64,000 nucleotides of DNA from Dehalococcoidia bacterium. GTDB lineage: Bacteria > Chloroflexota > Dehalococcoidia > Plut-88900. The DNA is taken from positions 352,001-416,000 of the forward strand of contig CBDFLQ010000005.1 in NCBI GenBank assembly GCA_965249275.1, in the 5' to 3' direction. A model generated the notes under the pieces. It had not been told where the DNA came from. It made no database searches and saw only the letters and a program-made list of their open reading frames with translations. Below are positions 59,175 through 64,000 of the stretch, piece after piece (the stretch's first letter is position 1; each line of letters opens with the position of its first letter). Position numbers and translations under genes: made by a program.

Positions 59175-59391
59175 AATCTCCTCCTGATGCATATGATGCG
59201 GTTTATGAGGCCATTCTACGCGGCCCCTTCCCTCTAAGTCCAGAAGCCCATTCTCCCCCCAAATTGACACTCCCACCACCCGACTATAGAATAAGGGCCG
59301 CTTTCCGGGGGAATATTATCAACTTCGTTGCCTATGGACTGGGACACGCGCCCCTGTCATGGCACACCCCGTTAGTTACAGGAGGTCGATA

Positions 59392-60537
59392 ATGGCAGAT
59401 CTGTCCCGTATGGCCGCGATCGTCGGAGTGGATGAGTCCGACGAAATAGGCAAAGTACCCAACAAGTCCCGTCTCCAGCATGGCTCGGAGGCCGCCTTCA
59501 ACGCCCTGGACGACGCCGGTCTTTCTCTCTCGGATGTCGACGGTCTATTCGTCGCCGGCCCGTCCCCCTATAACATGGCCGAGTACATGGGCTTCACCCC
59601 CAAGTACACTGACGGCACCAACGTCGGCGGCTCCTCTTTCGTCATCTACGTGGAGCACGCCCTTGCCGCGATCAGTGCAGGGCTTATCGACGTAGCCCTC
59701 ATCGTGCACGGCGAAGCGGGACGGAGCACTCGGGCCTACGCGGGGGACGACCCCAACATGCCCATCGCACAGTATGAACACCCCTACGGCCTGGTCATCG
59801 AGCCTCACGCTTACTCCCTGGCCTGCACGCGCTACATGCACGAGTTCGGCGAGGAGCGCACTCGCAACGCCCTGGCAGAGATAGCCGTGTCTACCCGTAA
59901 GTGGGCGCAGCTCAACCCCAAGGCCTACATGCAGGACCCGATGTCCATCCAGGACTACCACGACTCCCGCTGGATATCCTGGCCCTTCCACCTCCCCGAC
60001 TGCTGCCTCGTCACCGATGGCGGCGGCGCAACGGTCATCACTTCGGCGGCGGTGGCCAAGAGCACTAAGAAGAGTCCCGTCTGGATCCTCGGGGCAGCCG
60101 AAGGTCACGACCACGGCGAGGGCATCCTGCAGCAGAATGACCTCGCTTCGACTATAGCCAGGGAGACCGGGCCTCGGGCCCTGGAGATGGCGGGTCTCAA
60201 ACACTCCGACATCGACCTCGCCATGATCTACGACTCTTTCACCTATACGGTCCTCATCACCCTCGAGTCCCTCGGCTTCTGCGGAAGGGGCGAGGGCCCC
60301 GACTTCGTCGCTAACCAGCGCACAGCTCCCGGCGGCGACTTCCCAATGAACACCAACGGCGGCGGACTTTCCTACTGCCACACCGGCATGTACGGCATGT
60401 TCCTCCTGCTGGAGGCCACGCGGCAGCTGAGAGGCGAGTGCGGAGATCGGCAAGTCGCGGGCGCCAAGACCAGCTTGGTCAACGGCACGGGCGGCACCCT
60501 GTCCTCCACCGGCACCATTGTCCTGGCCTCCGACTAG
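59392..60537 (+). CDS. Thiolase-like (SCP2/Ltp2-type) protein 1
   Basis: GGSS, WAQLNP, DCC..TDGG, IYDSFT, NTNGGGLS..H. Confidence 0.9.
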   Translation: MADLSRMAAIVGVDESDEIGKVPNKSRLQHGSEAAFNALDDAGLSLSDVDGLFVAGPSPYNMAEYMGFTPKYTDGTNVGGSSFVIYVEHALAAISAGLIDVALIVHGEAGRSTRAYAGDDPNMPIAQYEHPYGLVIEPHAYSLACTRYMHEFGEERTRNALAEIAVSTRKWAQLNPKAYMQDPMSIQDYHDSRWISWPFHLPDCCLVTDGGGATVITSAAVAKSTKKSPVWILGAAEGHDHGEGILQQNDLASTIARETGPRALEMAGLKHSDIDLAMIYDSFTYTVLITLESLGFCGRGEGPDFVANQRTAPGGDFPMNTNGGGLSYCHTGMYGMFLLLEATRQLRGECGDRQVAGAKTSLVNGTGGTLSSTGTIVLASD

Positions 60538-60575
60538 CAGGAACCGGCGAGCTACTTCGTAAGAGGAGAATAAAT

Positions 60576-60986
60576 ATGGCAGACTACAACCTTCCCGTCC
60601 CCGTTCCCCAGCCAGAGTCCGACTTCTACTGGGAGAAGGCCAAGGCCCACGAGCTGTGGTTCCGCAAGTGCAACGCCTGTGACAAGGCCTACTTCTACCC
60701 CCGGGACTTCTGCCCCACCTGTCACACCAAGGACGTTTCCTGGACGCAGAGCAGCGGCAAGGGCTCCATATACGCCTTCACCATCGTGCATCGGTCCCCG
60801 CCCCCGTTCCGCGAAGTGTGCCCTTACGTGGCCGCCCTTGTGGAGCTTGAAGACGGCGTACGAATCCCAACGAACATCGTTATCGACGACCCGACTCCCG
60901 AGAACGTCTCTATAGGGATGGCCGTAGAGATCGTCTTCGACGACATAACCGACGAGATCTCGCTGCCCAAGTTCAAGCCTGCCTAG
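60576..60986 (+). CDS. DUF35 Zn-ribbon/OB-fold protein
   Basis: C..C...YPR..CP.C, GKGSIYAFT, PY....VELEDG. Confidence 0.9.
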   Translation: MADYNLPVPVPQPESDFYWEKAKAHELWFRKCNACDKAYFYPRDFCPTCHTKDVSWTQSSGKGSIYAFTIVHRSPPPFREVCPYVAALVELEDGVRIPTNIVIDDPTPENVSIGMAVEIVFDDITDEISLPKFKPA

Positions 60987-61052
60987 CTCCCGCTGCCGGT
61001 TCCTTCTTGGAGTAGCGCAAACGGGGGCCCATCGAGGCCTGGGAGGTGTGAG

Positions 61053-61376
61053 ATGGCGACTCCGCCGTGGAAACGTAAGGCCAAGCGCATGGCTCGCGCC
61101 GGTAAGTCCATCTCGAAAATCGCAAAAGAGGTGGAGGTAGACTATTCGGATGTGTGGGGCTACGTGCGCAATGTCCAAGGCACTGAATTTGCTAGCTGGC
61201 AGGGCGCAAAGCGGATAGTAAATAACCGCCTCAAGGATCTTGTCGATGAAGAGGACCCGGGACAAAGAGAACATCTGACGAAAGATGTGATCCAATGCGT
61301 GAATTATCTATACAAAGAAGCAAGGCGTTTGAGTCGCAAGATTGAGGGTGCCAATAAGGCATCTGACCAAAAGTAG
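61053..61376 (+). CDS. Hypothetical protein, possible N-terminal HTH
   Basis: 107-aa ORF with GGAGG RBS; GKSISKIAKEVEVDYSDVWGYV. Confidence 0.55.
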   Translation: MATPPWKRKAKRMARAGKSISKIAKEVEVDYSDVWGYVRNVQGTEFASWQGAKRIVNNRLKDLVDEEDPGQREHLTKDVIQCVNYLYKEARRLSRKIEGANKASDQK

Positions 61377-61400
61377 CAGGCACAACTGAGGAGGTCCTTA

Positions 61401-62546
61401 ATGGCTGACCTTTCGAGAAAAGCCGCTATCGTCGGTGTGGACGAGTCGAACGAGATAGGCCGCGTCGCCAACAAATCACGCATGCAGCTCGGCTCTGAGG
61501 CTGCGTTCAATGCCCTTGACGACGCCGGGCTATCACTCTCGGATGTTGATGGACTGTTCATTGCTGGCCCATCTCCCTACTCGATGGCCGAGTACATGGG
61601 TTTCACTCCCAAGTACACGGACGGGACCAACGTGGGAGGCTCCTCCTTCATCATCCACGTAGAGCACGCCCTGTCCGCCATCAACTCCGGCCTCATGGAC
61701 GTGGCTATCATAATCCACGGAGAGGCGGGCCGAAGCACCCGGGCCTATCCGGGAGACGACCCCAACATGTCCGGGGCGCAGTACGAGGATCCCTACGGTT
61801 TCGTCATCGCGCCCCACGGCTATGCTACAGCCTGCTCCCGATACATGAACGAGTTCGGTGAGGACCGGACCCGAAACGCTTTGGCAGAGATCGCAGTCGC
61901 TACCCGGAAGTGGGCGCAGCTCAACCCCAAGGCCTTCATACAGGACCCCATGTCCTTCGAGGACTACCACGACTCCCGCTGGATTTCCTGGCCGTTCCAC
62001 CTCTTCGACTGCTGTCTCGTTACCGACGGCGGCGGCGCTACAGTCATCACCTCCGCGGCTGTGGCCAAGAACACCAAGAAGAAGCCCGTCTGGATCTTAG
62101 GTTCTGCAGAGGGGCACGATCACGGAGACGGCATTGGACAGCAGGCGGACCTCTGCTCGACCATCGCCCGGGAGACCGGGCCGCGAGCCCTTTCCATGGC
62201 AGGCCTCACCCACTCCGACATCGACCTCGCCATGATCTACGACTCCTTCACGTACACCGTCCTCATCACCCTGGAGTCTCTCGGCTTCTGCGGCCGGGGC
62301 GAGGGCCCCGATTTCGTTGCCAACCAGCGCACGGCTCCCGGCGGCGATTTCCCCATGAACACCAACGGAGGCGGGCTCTCCTACTGCCACACCGGCATGT
62401 ACGGCATGTTCCTGCTTCTGGAAGCAACCCGGCAGCTGAGGGGCGAGTGCGGAGACCGACAGGTGCCGAACGCCAAGACCTGCCTGGTCAACGGCACGGG
62501 AGGCACCCTATCCTCCACCGGCACCCTGGTGTTGGCCACCGACTAG
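61401..62546 (+). CDS. Thiolase-like protein 2 (close paralog of 59392-60537)
   Basis: Same motifs; long identical C-terminal segment. Confidence 0.9.
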   Translation: MADLSRKAAIVGVDESNEIGRVANKSRMQLGSEAAFNALDDAGLSLSDVDGLFIAGPSPYSMAEYMGFTPKYTDGTNVGGSSFIIHVEHALSAINSGLMDVAIIIHGEAGRSTRAYPGDDPNMSGAQYEDPYGFVIAPHGYATACSRYMNEFGEDRTRNALAEIAVATRKWAQLNPKAFIQDPMSFEDYHDSRWISWPFHLFDCCLVTDGGGATVITSAAVAKNTKKKPVWILGSAEGHDHGDGIGQQADLCSTIARETGPRALSMAGLTHSDIDLAMIYDSFTYTVLITLESLGFCGRGEGPDFVANQRTAPGGDFPMNTNGGGLSYCHTGMYGMFLLLEATRQLRGECGDRQVPNAKTCLVNGTGGTLSSTGTLVLATD

Positions 62547-62564
62547 CCTTTCCTACGAAAACAG

Positions 62565-62601
62565 AAACAGGGGAGTGCTCTAGAGCACTCCCCTGTTTTT
62601 T
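62565..62601 (+). terminator. Rho-independent terminator
   Basis: AAACAGGGGAGTGCTC-TA-GAGCACTCCCCTGTTTTTT. Confidence 0.8.
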
Positions 62602-62696
62602 ATATCGGAATATTCGTGGTTAGTTCAGGGAAAATCGGAGAATCAAGAGGTTCGGTGAATAGAGGGCGGGCCAACAGTGAAAACTGTCGTTCCCAT

Positions 62697-62906
62697 CTAA
62701 TCGATCAAACCTTGAATGAAGACCGCCAGCGTGGTGGCAATGGCTACGGAACTGATGACCATACCTACCATCCACCTAATTATGCGAGGCTCGATTTGGC
62801 CAATATCAGCCCTTAGGCGTGACTCAAGACGCGCGAGGTCTTCTTTGGTAGCAAGAGAGTCCAGACGTCCCTCAATATAGCTAACCCGCTCTTCAATAGT
62901 CATCAT
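62697..62906 (-). CDS. Small coiled-coil protein with C-terminal TM (DUF1640/CCDC90-like)
   Basis: LATKEDLARLESRL...IIRWMVG. Confidence 0.7.
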   Translation of the reverse strand: MMTIEERVSYIEGRLDSLATKEDLARLESRLRADIGQIEPRIIRWMVGMVISSVAIATTLAVFIQGLID

Positions 62907-63008
62907 TTTGTATTAGCTTGTGGCCGAGAATATAATCACCCTATAGCACATAAGCCCCACCCGTCAACTCTCTCGTTTGTTATGTCCAGACTTTCGTCGG
63001 CGCCCGGG

Positions 63009-63701
63009 TCAGTTCAGGGAGAATCGGGGGCGCTCCGAGGAGTCGTCCTTACGGCTGCCTCGAGCCTCTTTCTTCCTTCTCTCCGACAAGAAGAGCTCCA
63101 GGCTCAGGTTGGTGGACTGAAGGAGTTTTAGTTCTTCCTCCAGCCGCACTGTAGCGGACGAGGTCTCCAGAAGACCCTGCTTCTCACGCGTCCCGGTCAT
63201 CAGCTCCGCAGCAACGGTGTAAGACAGTCTCTCCGGGTCTTCATCCAGGTCAACCGTACCTTCTCCCATGCCTCGCAAGGAGGCCAACAGCGACCTGTAG
63301 GTCTTGAAGTGGCCCACCACCCGCGTGGTCAGCTCCTCGGGCGCCGACTCCTCCGTCCTCTCCAGCACCTCGATGCTTCCAACCATGTACGGCGTTATCT
63401 GTTGGATGTCTACGATGCGGAAGACCTCTTCTCCGACTGCGCTCACGAGCATACGGCCGCCGCCCTGCGGGACCACGTCCATGATTCTGGCAACCGTACC
63501 TATCTCAAAGGGCACGGCCGCTCCCCCCACTTCCTTCCCGGACTTGATCAGCACTACCCCGAATGTCATGTCCCCTTCCAGGCACTTGTTCATCATCTGC
63601 TTGTACCGCTCTTCGAATACTCGGAGAGGCAGTGACATGCCGGGATAGAGGACCACGTTGAGGGGGAATAGAGGCAGGTCTCGAGGACCGGAGTCGGGCA
63701 T
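63009..63701 (-). CDS. LON peptidase substrate-binding domain protein
   Basis: LPLFPLNVVLYPG..LPLRVFEERYK.M, IGTVARI. Confidence 0.9.
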   Translation of the reverse strand: MPDSGPRDLPLFPLNVVLYPGMSLPLRVFEERYKQMMNKCLEGDMTFGVVLIKSGKEVGGAAVPFEIGTVARIMDVVPQGGGRMLVSAVGEEVFRIVDIQQITPYMVGSIEVLERTEESAPEELTTRVVGHFKTYRSLLASLRGMGEGTVDLDEDPERLSYTVAAELMTGTREKQGLLETSSATVRLEEELKLLQSTNLSLELFLSERRKKEARGSRKDDSSERPRFSLN

Positions 63702-63704
63702 AAG

Positions 63705-64000
63705 CTATCCCTGGGCCGCGGAGTCTGAGGTCTCGCGCTCCGGCATTCGCTTGCTGATCTCGCCTTCTATGAAGGAGAAGTCCTCTTCGGAGAACAGGTG
63801 GACGTTGCCCTGAAAGGCCAGATGCCAGTGCTGCGGAGGCCATCTCTTCACGTATTCCAGGTGCGGTACTATCGTCTTGGCGTCCACGTACGTTCCCGGT
63901 TCGAGGATCAGCTCGGGCTTGATGCCGAACCGGAAGGGGTACTCCTCGCCCTTCTTCTTGCTGTTCCAGATCGGGGCGTGATCTTCGTAGTAGGGCGACG
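63705..64000 (-). CDS. EVE-domain protein (partial; runs off the window)
   Basis: Frame reads SPYYEDHAPIW...EEYPFRF..KPE...WHLAFQG. Confidence 0.65.
   Translation of the reverse strand, partial: SPYYEDHAPIWNSKKKGEEYPFRFGIKPELILEPGTYVDAKTIVPHLEYVKRWPPQHWHLAFQGNVHLFSEEDFSFIEGEISKRMPERETSDSAAQG

Overview
GC-rich bacterial chromosomal window. Gene content (LLM monooxygenase, ThyX, N-terminally extended GreA, thiolase-DUF35 pairs) suggests Chloroflexota/Dehalococcoidia, possibly SAR202-like; this is inference only. Housekeeping genes (metG, hisS, nadE, recA, recX, greA, ftsH, thyX, thiE, glcDEF) are interspersed with three type II TA modules, R-M-type genes, two IS481 copies and a dense, nested family of palindromic REP/MITE repeats. 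The most striking element is a 3,800-bp IS1595-family transposon (30105-33904; perfect 25-bp TIRs, 8-bp TSD) that splits a DNA methyltransferase-HNH gene. Its cargo includes two intact tRNAs with tRNA-Leu identity features but Gly (GCC) and Ala (TGC) anticodons, plus a promoter-led array of about five irregular tRNA-like/anticodon-loop RNAs, one resembling a 9/3 allo-tRNA. This is a candidate mobile mistranslation or tRNA-decoy system. Two adjacent genes that appear truncated in the ORF track are probable selenoproteins (ArsC/Spx-like UxxC protein and a rhodanese). All calls come from reading the sequence by eye; no database search or folding software was run.
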